This document shows positions 7,808 to 16,407 of a DNA stretch of 50,920 bases, piece by piece. The notes under the pieces were generated by a model. The model saw nothing but the letters and a program-made list of their open reading frames with translations, searched no databases and was not told the DNA's origin. Where the stretch lies: the IMG/VR virus record IMGVR_UViG_3300048578_000034, positions 1 through 50,920 of that record; one strand, 5' to 3'. Source of the stretch: a virus. Lineage: Duplodnaviria; Caudoviricetes. The position numbers and the translations under genes were made by a program. Numbering within the stretch: position 1 is the first letter of the stretch; each line of letters opens with the position of its first letter.

Positions 7808-8971
7808 TCAGAAGCTCACGGTGACGTTGGGGACCAGGCCGGACGCGATGGCCTGAATGACCGCCTTGGCCTTGGGCTCGGGCAGGCCGGTCGCCTCCAT
7901 GACCGCTTCCTTGGCGGTGCGAAGGATCTCCGACTTGTGGGCGATGTCGGCCTCGCGGCGGGCCTTGGCGGCGGCTTCAGCGTCGGCCTTTTCCTTGGCC
8001 TCGCGGTCTTCCCGGTCGCGGCGGTCCTGCTCGGCTTTGGCTTTGACCTCGGATTCCTCGCGGGCCTTTCGTTCGGCGGCTAGGGCCTCCTGATGGGCGC
8101 GGTCGCGGGCTTCCTGCTCCTCGCGGGCCTTCTGTTCGGCGGCGGCCTTGGCTTGGGCTGCAGCCTGTTCAGCGGCGTCCCGGGCGGCTTCCTCACGGGC
8201 CAGACGCTCGCGCTCCTCACGGGCGGCGGCCTCTGCCTGGGCCTGGGCCTCACGGGCGGCCCGCTCCTCTTCCTCGCGCGCCCTGGCCTCGGCCGCTTCG
8301 CGCTCCGCAGCCTCCCGGGCCTCGCGCTCGGCCCGCTCAGCCGCTTCCTTCCGCAGGGCCTCCAGTTCGGCCCGGTCGGCTTCCTCCTTCAGAAGGCGGG
8401 CGTGCGCCAGTTGCAGGGTCTCGACGGCGCGGGTCAGCTCCGATTGAGCGGCGGGCAGGTCGTCGCCGAATAGGCCGGCGTCGAGCGTCATCTCCTCCAG
8501 GTAGGACAGGCGCGCCTCGACATGGGCGGCTGTGTCGTCGAGCGTGACGACAGCCTTGGCAGCGATGGCCTGGCGTTCGGCCGCGGCGTTCGCCTGGCGG
8601 GTCTTCTCGGCCTCCTCCCATTCGGTCAGCGGGCGCCGGGCTTCATCGCGCAGGGCGTCCAGCTTGTCGCGGATGTTGCGGCGGGCCGCGTCGACGGCGG
8701 CGATCTCCTTCCGCTTGTCCTCGGTCAGCTTCTTCCCGGCATCGTCGAGCGCGGTCTTCGTCTTGACGACCTTGAAGGCCAGGGAGGCGACCGCCTTGCG
8801 GCCCTTCTCCGTGGTGAGGTCGGGAATGTGGGCGTCGACCTCGGCCTTGACCCGGTCATAGAAGGCGTCGAACCGGGCGCCATCGGTCAGGATCGCGACG
8901 GGATTCTCAGCGGCGAAGGCGATCAGGTCAGTCGCTTCGGTCGGTTCGGTGATGGTGGTGGGAGCGTTCAT
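7808..8971 (-). CDS. Coiled-coil phage protein (often mislabelled TolA-like)
   Basis: PDLTTEKGRKAVASLA...RRPLTEWE N-terminus and long A/E/R-rich coil. Confidence 0.8.
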   Translation of the reverse strand: MNAPTTITEPTEATDLIAFAAENPVAILTDGARFDAFYDRVKAEVDAHIPDLTTEKGRKAVASLAFKVVKTKTALDDAGKKLTEDKRKEIAAVDAARRNIRDKLDALRDEARRPLTEWEEAEKTRQANAAAERQAIAAKAVVTLDDTAAHVEARLSYLEEMTLDAGLFGDDLPAAQSELTRAVETLQLAHARLLKEEADRAELEALRKEAAERAEREAREAAEREAAEARAREEEERAAREAQAQAEAAAREERERLAREEAARDAAEQAAAQAKAAAEQKAREEQEARDRAHQEALAAERKAREESEVKAKAEQDRRDREDREAKEKADAEAAAKARREADIAHKSEILRTAKEAVMEATGLPEPKAKAVIQAIASGLVPNVTVSF

Positions 8972-9004
8972 CGCTGGATCTCCAGGCGAGGGGATGGGTG
9001 GGGT

Positions 9005-9112
9005 TCAGAGCGCGCGGCCAATCCAGGCCCCAACGTCGAACATGAAGCCGACAGCCAGGCCGACGGTCAGGCCGACAGCGCCGATGACTGCGAAGGTGAC
9101 GTCCAGGCGCAT
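9005..9112 (-). CDS. Small membrane peptide
   Basis: 35-aa hydrophobic ORF MRLDVTFAVIGAVGLTVGLAVGF, TGATG-coupled. Confidence 0.5.
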   Translation of the reverse strand: MRLDVTFAVIGAVGLTVGLAVGFMFDVGAWIGRAL

Positions 9113-9387
9113 CAGCCGGCCCTCGCCATGATGGCTTCCAGGGCCTGGGCCTTGGTCTCCGCGTCCTCAGTCAGGCGCCGGGCGATCTCACGAACGCCGG
9201 GCGGGTACAGCTCGCCGCCGGCCGCGATCTCCTTCGACAGGCGCTCGACCTCGCCAAGGGCGGTTTCCAGGGCGCGGACATGCTCACAGACCAGGGACCG
9301 GCCCTCGTTCTGCAGGCGGCGGATGCGCTCGCTCACGCTGGCCTCAGGCGGGCTGCGAAGGGCGACTACGGTGGGGGGATTGGCCAT
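9112..9387 (-). CDS. Hypothetical helical protein
   Basis: ATG after GGAGG; SVSERIRRLQ...YPPGVREIARR. Confidence 0.7.
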   Translation of the reverse strand: MANPPTVVALRSPPEASVSERIRRLQNEGRSLVCEHVRALETALGEVERLSKEIAAGGELYPPGVREIARRLTEDAETKAQALEAIMARAG

Positions 9388-9389
9388 AG

Positions 9390-9518
9390 TCAGGCCTCCA
9401 GCTTCGGAATGAAGGCCGACAGCAGCAGGACCGCCGCGACCACGATGAGGGGGATCGACCACCAGCCGGGATGGGCGGCGGCGAGGGTGAGGGGGAGGGC
9501 GGGGGCGAGGAGCTTCAC
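9390..9518 (-). CDS. Small membrane peptide
   Basis: GTG start overlapping the upstream stop; hydrophobic WWSIPLIVVAAVLLLSAF. Confidence 0.5.
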   Translation of the reverse strand: MKLLAPALPLTLAAAHPGWWSIPLIVVAAVLLLSAFIPKLEA

Positions 9519-9751
9519 GCGGCCCCCCGCGTCATCTGGTGGTAAGTGGCGACCCGCTGGCGAACCCAGGCCAGGATCGACGGCGCCGACGCGGGCATTC
9601 CGCACCGCAGGGCCAGCGAGGTCAGCTCGATCATCGCCCGGTCGGCCAGCTTGAACGCCCACGCCGCGCGGATCAGGTTGGCGATCCGCTCCTTCCGGTC
9701 GTGGTCTTCAAGGGCCTCGGCGAGGGCGCGGTAGTCTGCGACGGAGCCCAT
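9515..9751 (-). CDS. Hypothetical protein
   Basis: Translationally coupled ORF in the leftward operon. Confidence 0.6.
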   Translation of the reverse strand: MGSVADYRALAEALEDHDRKERIANLIRAAWAFKLADRAMIELTSLALRCGMPASAPSILAWVRQRVATYHQMTRGAA

Positions 9752-10179
9752 TACGCGGCCCGATCCAGCTTGAGGATCAGCATGTCGGCCAGGATTTCCC
9801 GCGCCGCGACCGCAGCCATTCCCGGGATCGGGTTGAGGAGCTTCAAGGCCCGGGCGATGGCGTCGACGTTCGGAGAGCCGTCAGCCTTGATGAAGCCCCG
9901 GCTGTTGGCCTCGCGGACCCGTTCAGCAGCCGCCGACCAGCCCGCGTTGCCCAGGCCCTGGATTTCCACCAGCAGCCCGACCAGGACGAACCGGGGCTCG
10001 GTGGCCAGCTTCTGGGACCGCTCATAGGCCGCGGTTCCGGCCCGCACGATTTCAGCCTCAGACCGCGCCGGGGCCGGGCTCGGCATCCCAGACCAGCACA
10101 CGCCGGTCGTCGGGCGGGCCGCGCGTTGGGCGTCTTCGAAGCTGCGAACGCGGGTGATGTGGTCGTCGAGGGTTTGCAT
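9751..10179 (-). CDS. Hypothetical protein, first gene of the leftward early operon
   Basis: GGAG RBS directly downstream of the left operator/promoter. Confidence 0.7.
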   Translation of the reverse strand: MQTLDDHITRVRSFEDAQRAARPTTGVCWSGMPSPAPARSEAEIVRAGTAAYERSQKLATEPRFVLVGLLVEIQGLGNAGWSAAAERVREANSRGFIKADGSPNVDAIARALKLLNPIPGMAAVAAREILADMLILKLDRAA

Positions 10180-10205
10180 GGCGAGGTCTCCGTCTGTGAG
10201 GAGAC

Positions 10206-10256
10206 GTTCTCACACAGAGAACTATGGCGCAAGCGTAAAGTTCGCAGCCAGAGAAC
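10206..10256. promoter_or_regulatory. Left operators (two 17-bp sites) and PL
   Basis: GTTCTCACACAGAGAAC (10206..10222) and GTTCGCAGCCAGAGAAC (10240..10256), GTTCTC-N5-GAGAAC symmetry. Confidence 0.8.
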
Positions 10257-10272
10257 AAAAGCGCCGCCCACG

Positions 10273-10298
10273 AAAAAGCCCGCCGGATGGGGCGGGCT
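10273..10298 (-). terminator. Intrinsic terminator of the cI operon
   Basis: 8-bp stem AGCCCGCC/GGCGGGCT followed by a T run on the minus strand. Confidence 0.75.
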
Positions 10299-10324
10299 GG
10301 GTCGGTCAGATTGTGTGGGGGCGG

Positions 10325-10747
10325 CTACTTGGTGGGCGGCGGGGCCTGATAGGCGGGAACCTGGATCACGACGGGCGGGGCTGGCGGCTGGGTGGCGGGC
10401 GCGGGAGTCAGCGCCTGCATCACGCCTAGGCCGGTGAAAACCAAGGCGATGATCCCGACGAATATCCCGATCCCGGTCAGCAGATAGTTCCGCATATCGG
10501 TCTTGGTCGGTAATCCGCCGCGCACGTCGGCGATGGCCTGGATGATCTTGTCGAGCTTGTCCTCGACCCGCCCCATGCGGGCGTCGGCCTGCTTGGCCCA
10601 TTCTTCCATGCGGGTGACGCGGGTTTCCATGCCCCCAGAATTGCCCCCGCCGTCTCCGGTTTGCAAGGGCGGAGCGCCGGAAAGCCCGCCGAGATTGTCG
10701 TTCGCGCTGTCGCCAACCAGGTCAAATCTGTCCGCCGTGCCGCTCAT
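10325..10747 (-). CDS. Membrane-anchored coiled-coil protein
   Basis: Coiled coil METRVTRMEE, one TM helix, Pro-rich tail; ATGA-coupled. Confidence 0.7.
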   Translation of the reverse strand: MSGTADRFDLVGDSANDNLGGLSGAPPLQTGDGGGNSGGMETRVTRMEEWAKQADARMGRVEDKLDKIIQAIADVRGGLPTKTDMRNYLLTGIGIFVGIIALVFTGLGVMQALTPAPATQPPAPPVVIQVPAYQAPPPTK

Positions 10748-11046
10748 GGCTTCATCCCCGGCATCTGATCGAGCCTGTCCATCAGCGCCCGGGTCCGCCG
10801 TTTTGCCTCTGCCAGGTGCGTGGCGCGCGCCTCATCATCGCCCCGCTCCATCGCATCCAGGGCCTCAACCGCATGACGAACCGCCATGGTCGCCATGAGG
10901 GCGTAGCTGATCACCGCTTGATTGGTGGCGGGCGAGTAGAGCCAGACCCATTCCTCTGGCGTGATCCGGTTCCCGTTCGGCATGACGTAGTTGCCGGCGT
11001 CGTCGCGGGTGAAGGTTTCGGGGACCTCGGGAATGGCGGGGGTCAT
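10744..11046 (-). CDS. Hypothetical protein
   Basis: ATGA-coupled ORF downstream of cI. Confidence 0.7.
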   Translation of the reverse strand: MTPAIPEVPETFTRDDAGNYVMPNGNRITPEEWVWLYSPATNQAVISYALMATMAVRHAVEALDAMERGDDEARATHLAEAKRRTRALMDRLDQMPGMKP

Positions 11047-11396
11047 TGGGGCGCTCCGCTCTCAAGCGCTCGCATTGATTCGCTGGCCCGGTTCATCTCC
11101 GAAACGCACCGGTCGCCGCTCCAGCGATCGGACTCTGCGCGCCCTTTTGCGTACTGGCTTGAAATGTAGCCGCCAATTTCCCGCAGTGCAGGCTCTGCGC
11201 TATCCAGCCATGCTGTGATCCGCGACAAGTTCTGAAGAGCGTCCTTCTCAGGCAGATATTGCTCGCAGGCCCCCATGATGCGGGCAGCGTGAGCTAGCCT
11301 CGCCGCCGCTTGGATGAATTGCTCGTCCGTCATTTGGCTTTTGGCGGGGCCGCTGAAGGACGCGAGCGCCAGGGCAAGCACGAAGTGCCTCATCAT
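11043..11396 (-). CDS. Putative exported protein
   Basis: Signal peptide MMRHFVLALALASFSGPAKS, two Cys; start overlaps the cI stop. Confidence 0.7.
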   Translation of the reverse strand: MMRHFVLALALASFSGPAKSQMTDEQFIQAAARLAHAARIMGACEQYLPEKDALQNLSRITAWLDSAEPALREIGGYISSQYAKGRAESDRWSGDRCVSEMNRASESMRALESGAPQ

Positions 11397-12001
11397 CGCG
11401 GCTTCATCCCCGTCACCTTCGCGGCCCACATGACCGCCTGATCAAAGATAGGCTCTTCGGACCCGTTGGAAATCAGGTGGAACCGGCCGGGCTCGCCCGC
11501 AGGCCGGATCACCTTCACCAGCACCCGCTCATCATCCAGGCCGACCACGCAAAGCCGACCGTGCATATCCGGCGTCACCGGGGACCTGACCTCATCATAG
11601 AAGACCAGCCAGCGGTCCAGGGCCGGGCCAAGGCTCACGCCGCGTATCTCTGCCGCCACGGTCGTCTCCGTCGCATCCTCTGGTGCGTCAACCTCGCCAA
11701 GGCCCTCGTCCGCGCTCGCGTAGTAGTGCGCCTGAGCGCCGGCGCCGACATAGCCGACCAGGGGGACGGTTCGGCCTGGGCGGCGCGGGTCGGTGGGGTC
11801 CCGCAACAAGTCCGCGGGCTGTACGCCCAAGGCGCTAGCCAGGCCGGCGAGCGTGTTGCCAGGAGGGATGGGGCGCTTCCCCGCCTCCAGCGCGCTGATG
11901 TAGCCCTTCGACTCCATCTCGGCTTCCTGGGCTAGCCGCTCCTGCGACCAGCCCTTGGCCTTCCGCGCCTCGCGCAGGTTTCGCCCGAACTCGTTCCCCA
12001 T
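11393..12001 (-). CDS. cI: CI-like repressor (XRE HTH plus S24 peptidase)
   Basis: LREARKAKGWSQERLA HTH; VGAG cleavage site, RGVSL Ser and VLVK Lys; divergent from cro. Confidence 0.92.
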   Translation of the reverse strand: MGNEFGRNLREARKAKGWSQERLAQEAEMESKGYISALEAGKRPIPPGNTLAGLASALGVQPADLLRDPTDPRRPGRTVPLVGYVGAGAQAHYYASADEGLGEVDAPEDATETTVAAEIRGVSLGPALDRWLVFYDEVRSPVTPDMHGRLCVVGLDDERVLVKVIRPAGEPGRFHLISNGSEEPIFDQAVMWAAKVTGMKPR

Positions 12002-12069
12002 CAGCGAATGTTGTCTCAGTCGCCGCCCGACGTCGTTGCGCTGGTAGAGAACATTGCGCTTGATTGGCA

Positions 12070-12086
12070 GTTCTCTGTGTGAGAAC
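12070..12086. promoter_or_regulatory. Right operator and PR
   Basis: GTTCTCTGTGTGAGAAC is the exact reverse complement of 10206..10222; weaker half-site at 12036..12052. Confidence 0.8.
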
Positions 12087-12095
12087 TTAAGGGCC

Positions 12096-12311
12096 ATGAA
12101 GCACCCCGCCGATATTGAGAGCCTGAAGGCAGCCGAGGTCGCGAAGCGCCTGGGCCTCAGCCGCAGCTATGTCCACGAGCTGATCAAGGGCCAGAAAACG
12201 CCGTCCCTTTTGGTCGCCGCTCAGATCGAGCGCCACTTCGGCGTTCCGGTGTCGGCCTGGGTTTCGCGCCTGGACCCGGCGGCCGCCGATGAAGACCGGA
12301 GCGCCGCCTGA
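12096..12311 (+). CDS. cro: Cro-like HTH regulator
   Basis: AAEVAKRLGLSRSYVHELIKGQKTPS HTH, divergent from cI. Confidence 0.85.
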   Translation: MKHPADIESLKAAEVAKRLGLSRSYVHELIKGQKTPSLLVAAQIERHFGVPVSAWVSRLDPAAADEDRSAA

Positions 12312-13018
12312 TGAACGCGCCCGCCGTCATTCAGACCGCGCCCGGCCTCGCCCTTTACGAGCGCATGTGCAGCGCCATCGCGGAGTGCGTCGCCGTCGAT
12401 GAAGCGAAGGACATTCGCGACAAGGCCCTGGCGCTGGAAGCCTATTACCGGCAGGCCCGCAACCTGGACGCCGAGCGTGAAGCGGCGAACGTCCGCCTGC
12501 GGGCCGAGCGCCGGGTTGGCGAGCTGCTGAAGGACTTGGCGCGGGCCACCCCTGAAGAGGCTGGCCAGCTCGGCGGCTTCGCCAAGGCTGGCGCGTCCCC
12601 CGAGGCGACACGCCAGACGTCGATTTCCGAACAAGCCATGGCGACAGGCCCATCGCCCTACGCCTCGGCTCTCCGCGACCACGGCATCAGCCGCCAGACG
12701 GCCCACAAGTTTCAGGCCCTCGCCAACATCCCCGAGGCGGACTTTGAGCGGGCGCTGAAGGCCCCCGAGAAGCCCTCGACGAAAGGCGTCATCGCCCGCG
12801 CCACGGTGAGAGAGCCGACGCCCGCGCCGCGCGTCCCTGACGATGCGCTCTGGCTCTGGGGACGCCTGCGGGATTTCGAGCGCGATGGCTACTTCAGCGC
12901 CGACCCATCCCGCCTGCTGCGCCAGATGACCGACGCCATGCGCGCCGATGTCCTGAGGCTCGCGCCACTGGTCGCTGACTTCCTCAACAACCTGGAGCCC
13001 GAACATGAGCCTGCATGA
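12311..13018 (+). CDS. Hypothetical DNA-binding phage protein
   Basis: VDEAKDIRDKA...RLRAERRVGELL and HTH-like LRDHGISRQTAHKFQ. Confidence 0.7.
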   Translation: MNAPAVIQTAPGLALYERMCSAIAECVAVDEAKDIRDKALALEAYYRQARNLDAEREAANVRLRAERRVGELLKDLARATPEEAGQLGGFAKAGASPEATRQTSISEQAMATGPSPYASALRDHGISRQTAHKFQALANIPEADFERALKAPEKPSTKGVIARATVREPTPAPRVPDDALWLWGRLRDFERDGYFSADPSRLLRQMTDAMRADVLRLAPLVADFLNNLEPEHEPA

Positions 13019-13463
13019 GCGTATCCGCGCCGACTGCCACGCCCTTCTTGGCGATGGCGATGGCCCCGACATCGTGTCCCCGACCTCGCTCGCCCTCATC
13101 CTACAGGCCCGCTACACGGCGGGCGCTGGCATGGCGCCAGAGATCGCCCACGCGAGCTTGGAAGGCCTGAAGCAGATCGCGCGCGGCGTGCTGTCCGGTC
13201 GCTACAATTCCGAGAGCGACGAGAGCGAGGCGCACCAAGGCGTTCTGTTCTCCGGCCACCTGCAAACCCGCTATCCAATCCCTCGGAAGTCGGGCGCCGA
13301 GCCGATGTACAAGCTGCGCGCGGCTCTCACTGCCGACGAGCGCCAGTGGAACGTCGAGACGCTGCGGAAGTCCGCCAAGGCCCGCCTCGCTCACGCCGAC
13401 GCCCTTGAAGCCGAAGTCCTCGCCGCCAAGCCCTCTCCCCCCTCCAAACAAGAGGCCGCCTGA
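13005..13463 (+). CDS. Hypothetical protein
   Basis: GGAG RBS, overlaps the upstream gene. Confidence 0.7.
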   Translation: MSLHERIRADCHALLGDGDGPDIVSPTSLALILQARYTAGAGMAPEIAHASLEGLKQIARGVLSGRYNSESDESEAHQGVLFSGHLQTRYPIPRKSGAEPMYKLRAALTADERQWNVETLRKSAKARLAHADALEAEVLAAKPSPPSKQEAA

Positions 13464-13465
13464 CC

Positions 13466-13783
13466 ATGGATATCGGGCCGGGGGATTTGGTGCGGTGCGT
13501 GCGTGGCGGCCAAAGCAGATGGGGAACGGGCGCTTATCTGGTTGAGGGCCGAGTCTACAGGGTCCGGCGTATCGGCGTAGGCGCGCTGGTGGACGGTCGC
13601 CGCGTGCCGCTGATCTTTGTGGATGCTCCAGAGGCCAGCATCGCCTCGCGCGCGGGCCGGGACCACGGCTGGGGCTTCTCCCGCTTCCGCAAGCTCCCCG
13701 ACATCTCCGAATGGCTTGAGACCTCTACCACATACGAGGAGCCGAAACGTGTTCCCGCCCCTCGTGAAGTGGAGGGGGTGTAG
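13466..13783 (+). CDS. Hypothetical protein
   Basis: GAGG RBS; IGPGDLVRCV SH3-like start. Confidence 0.65.
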   Translation: MDIGPGDLVRCVRGGQSRWGTGAYLVEGRVYRVRRIGVGALVDGRRVPLIFVDAPEASIASRAGRDHGWGFSRFRKLPDISEWLETSTTYEEPKRVPAPREVEGV

Positions 13784-14440
13784 GTGGCGCGCGAAGAGAT
13801 CATCGGAGACTGCCGGCTGATCCTGGGGGATTGCAGAGACATCCTGCCGACGCTGGGCAAGGTGGACGCGGTTGTGACTGATCCGCCTTATCCTGATTTT
13901 CTCGCTTCGGAGTTTGGGTACGACGAAGAGGCCGTTAAGTCGTCGCTCAACCTGCCTTGCCAACAGTTCGTATTTTGGTCTGCGACGGCGGATTTCCCAC
14001 TCGATTGGTCGGCGGTTCACATTTGGCACAAGCCGAACGGCCAAAGCATCAAACACTACGAGCGCATCTTTGAGCGCAATGGTGGTGTGACGTGCAAGGT
14101 TTATCGCGTTGCGGCAATTCTTCCGAATTACACGCAGTTTGCAGCCGAGTGTGTCGATCATCCAACGCAGAAGCCCCTCAAGCTGATTTTTGATCTTGTC
14201 GGGCGCACTGAGGGGGTTGTTTTTGACCCCTTTATGGGCAGCGGAACCACAGGGGCCGCTTGCGTTCTGCGTGACCGCTCCTTCATCGGCATAGAGCGAG
14301 AGCCGTCCTACTTCGACATCGCCTGCCGACGGATCGAGGAAGCCTACAAGCAACCCCGCCTGTTCGCCGAGCCCATCGCCAAGCCCGTTCAAGCTTCGAT
14401 GTTCGATCCCCCCGCCACCCCAGAGACGGTGACGGCATGA
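13784..14440 (+). CDS. Amino (N6-A/N4-C) DNA methyltransferase, beta class
   Basis: TDPPY, HPTQKP, DPFMGSGTTG, GIE motifs. Confidence 0.9.
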   Translation: MAREEIIGDCRLILGDCRDILPTLGKVDAVVTDPPYPDFLASEFGYDEEAVKSSLNLPCQQFVFWSATADFPLDWSAVHIWHKPNGQSIKHYERIFERNGGVTCKVYRVAAILPNYTQFAAECVDHPTQKPLKLIFDLVGRTEGVVFDPFMGSGTTGAACVLRDRSFIGIEREPSYFDIACRRIEEAYKQPRLFAEPIAKPVQASMFDPPATPETVTA

Positions 14441-14744
14441 CCTCGCGTGTCCACAACGAGCCCTCTGCGTGGACGCACGAAAGCCGGGCGCGGTCTCTCC
14501 CCGCGTCCGGCGCCTATTCCCCTGTCTCATTGTCCAGGCCGACGCGGTTGCAGCCGCACGGTCCTGACGTTCAGAGCCTTCCAGAACAGCCGGGCAGAGG
14601 TCGCCTCGCGGTTCTTATGCAGCCTGTCATCCATTTGCGCTTGAGCGGCCTCCCAGACCGTCAGCGCGACCTCAAGTCCCTCGCAATCTATTCCGCGTTC
14701 TCCCATCTGCGCCGCTCCTCGCTGGCCAATCCTCGTGTGCAAAC

Positions 14745-15185
14745 ATGAGGAATGCCGCCATGGAAATCCGCGACTGCTTTGGGGAAAATCTCCCCGGCTT
14801 TGGCCTGGAGCGCACTCGCGACGCGCTCGCCAAATACGTCGAACTGAGGTGGCCGACGAGCCGTCGCAAGCGCGTCGGTATCGAGTGGAGCCTGTCTGAC
14901 GACGAGGCCCGCTCCGTCTGCACGGGCCGCGCGTCTTGGCAGACCTTCGACAAGATCATCCAGCACCCGAACGGCGGCTGGCCGATCCTCTTCGCGGTGT
15001 TTGGCGCCCTGCTGGACGAAACCGCCGACCAATTCATCAACAACGAAAGGCGGCGCCATGTTGAGCGCGCTCAAACGCTGCGGACTGTGGCTCGCGATCT
15101 GCGGTCTTTCGCTCCTGTACCTCACCGGGGCGCTTCTGACGCTGCTGTTCAGCCTGGTCGCCGACGCAGCGCGGGCGGTCACTGA
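14745..15185 (+). CDS. Hypothetical regulator (possibly CII-like)
   Basis: Helical ORF with HTH-like RKRVGIEWSLSDDEARSVC; function inferred from context only. Confidence 0.55.
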   Translation: MRNAAMEIRDCFGENLPGFGLERTRDALAKYVELRWPTSRRKRVGIEWSLSDDEARSVCTGRASWQTFDKIIQHPNGGWPILFAVFGALLDETADQFINNERRRHVERAQTLRTVARDLRSFAPVPHRGASDAAVQPGRRRSAGGH

Positions 15186-15231
15186 ATGGTCTCGCGGGCG
15201 CATCAAGGCGGCTCTGCGGTGGCTGGCATGA
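15058..15231 (+). CDS. Small membrane protein
   Basis: Hydrophobic segment; ATGA-coupled to the next gene but overlaps the previous ORF. Confidence 0.4.
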   Translation: MLSALKRCGLWLAICGLSLLYLTGALLTLLFSLVADAARAVTEWSRGRIKAALRWLA

Positions 15232-15440
15232 GGCTCTTCGACTTCACCCGCAACCCGCCGCCTGCGCCGCCTCCCGTCTCCCCTGAGACGGTCCAGGCCC
15301 AAGCCCTTGCGGTCAACATCGCCCGTGAAGCCCAGGAGCGGGGCAACGACGGCGCCCTCGGTCTGGCGCGAGCGTCTGCCTATCGCGCCCTTCACTCCAG
15401 GCTTGCCCAAGAGCTTGGGCGGGAGTGGCCGGCGCAATGA
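15228..15440 (+). CDS. Hypothetical protein
   Basis: MRLFDFTRNP start; ATGA-coupled to rusA. Confidence 0.55.
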   Translation: MRLFDFTRNPPPAPPPVSPETVQAQALAVNIAREAQERGNDGALGLARASAYRALHSRLAQELGREWPAQ

Positions 15441-15877
15441 CCGCCTTGACCTTCACCATCCCCGGCGCGCCTCGCGGCAAGGGTCGGCCCCGCTTCGGCG
15501 GCGGTCGCACCTTCACCGACGCGAAGACCGTCGCCTATGAGAGCCTGATCAAACACGCCGCCCATGTCGCCATGGCGGGGCGTGAGCGGTTCGCCGGGCC
15601 GGTGGAGGTTTCCATCATCGTCCGGCTTGAGCCCGCGGCCTCGACGCCCAAGGCCGCCCGCGCCGCGATGCTGGCGGGCCAGATCCATCCGGTCAAGCGC
15701 CCGGACATCGACAACATCATCAAGGCGGTCCTCGACGGCTGCAACACGGTCGCCTTCGCCGACGACGCCCAGGTCTGCTGGATCAATGCCGGGAAGACCT
15801 ACGCCGCGACGGCTGGCGTCGACGTCACCATCCGCCCAGACACCGCCCGCCAATCCAAACAAGGGATCGCAGCATGA
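15437..15877 (+). CDS. rusA: RusA family Holliday junction resolvase
   Basis: PRGKGRPR, KRPDIDNIIKAVLDG, DDAQV. Confidence 0.92.
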   Translation: MTALTFTIPGAPRGKGRPRFGGGRTFTDAKTVAYESLIKHAAHVAMAGRERFAGPVEVSIIVRLEPAASTPKAARAAMLAGQIHPVKRPDIDNIIKAVLDGCNTVAFADDAQVCWINAGKTYAATAGVDVTIRPDTARQSKQGIAA

Positions 15878-16407
15878 ACAGCACCCGCCCACGCGGCGCC
15901 CGTTGGATCCCGGAAGATAACGCCACGTTCCATGCCGAATGGAACCGCGCCATTGGCCCGCTCGCCAACTGCCGACGCATCGCGCCCATCCTCAACCGGG
16001 GCTTGGATGCGATCTGGTGGAAAGCCGAGCGCGAGGGCCTGATCAACCTCAACATGGCCGACCCGTTCGCGCCAAACCCTGAGAAGGTCGATCAGCATTG
16101 CCGGGCCCTGACCCTGGCTGGCGGCTTCTCTGCGGTCCAGACCAGCGGGCGTCGCACCGCTCCGGCCTTGCCCGGCGAGAACGACCGGCCCGTGCCCAAC
16201 ACCTTCCGTCATCTCCGCGTGATCGAGGGCGGTCAGGCCCGAGCCCTTCCCCAGGGCGTGGTCAGGCTGGAGCGCAAAGCCCCGACCGATCGGCATGTCC
16301 GTTGGGCCCGTCAACAGCTCTCGCGCGGGATGAGCCTCGACGATTTCGCCATGACCTTCCGCCTCGACGTCGACCGTCTGGCGCGCGCCTTGGAAGGGGT
16401 CGCCTGA
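15874..16407 (+). CDS. Hypothetical protein with C-terminal HTH-like domain
   Basis: Coupled ORF; C-terminus similar to that of the next gene. Confidence 0.65.
   Translation: MNSTRPRGARWIPEDNATFHAEWNRAIGPLANCRRIAPILNRGLDAIWWKAEREGLINLNMADPFAPNPEKVDQHCRALTLAGGFSAVQTSGRRTAPALPGENDRPVPNTFRHLRVIEGGQARALPQGVVRLERKAPTDRHVRWARQQLSRGMSLDDFAMTFRLDVDRLARALEGVA

Noticed and set aside
7808-8971. TolA or antifreeze-like call for the A/E/R-rich protein
   Set aside because: Low-complexity coiled coil without a membrane anchor
12001-12095. Alphaproteobacterial LexA box (GTTC-N7-GTTC) in the immunity region
   Set aside because: The GTTC/GAAC elements are inverted with different spacing and fit CI operators
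14437-14748. Plus-strand 103-aa ORF and opposite 71-aa ORF (14527..14742)
   Set aside because: Cannot decide which, if either, is coding; no motif support
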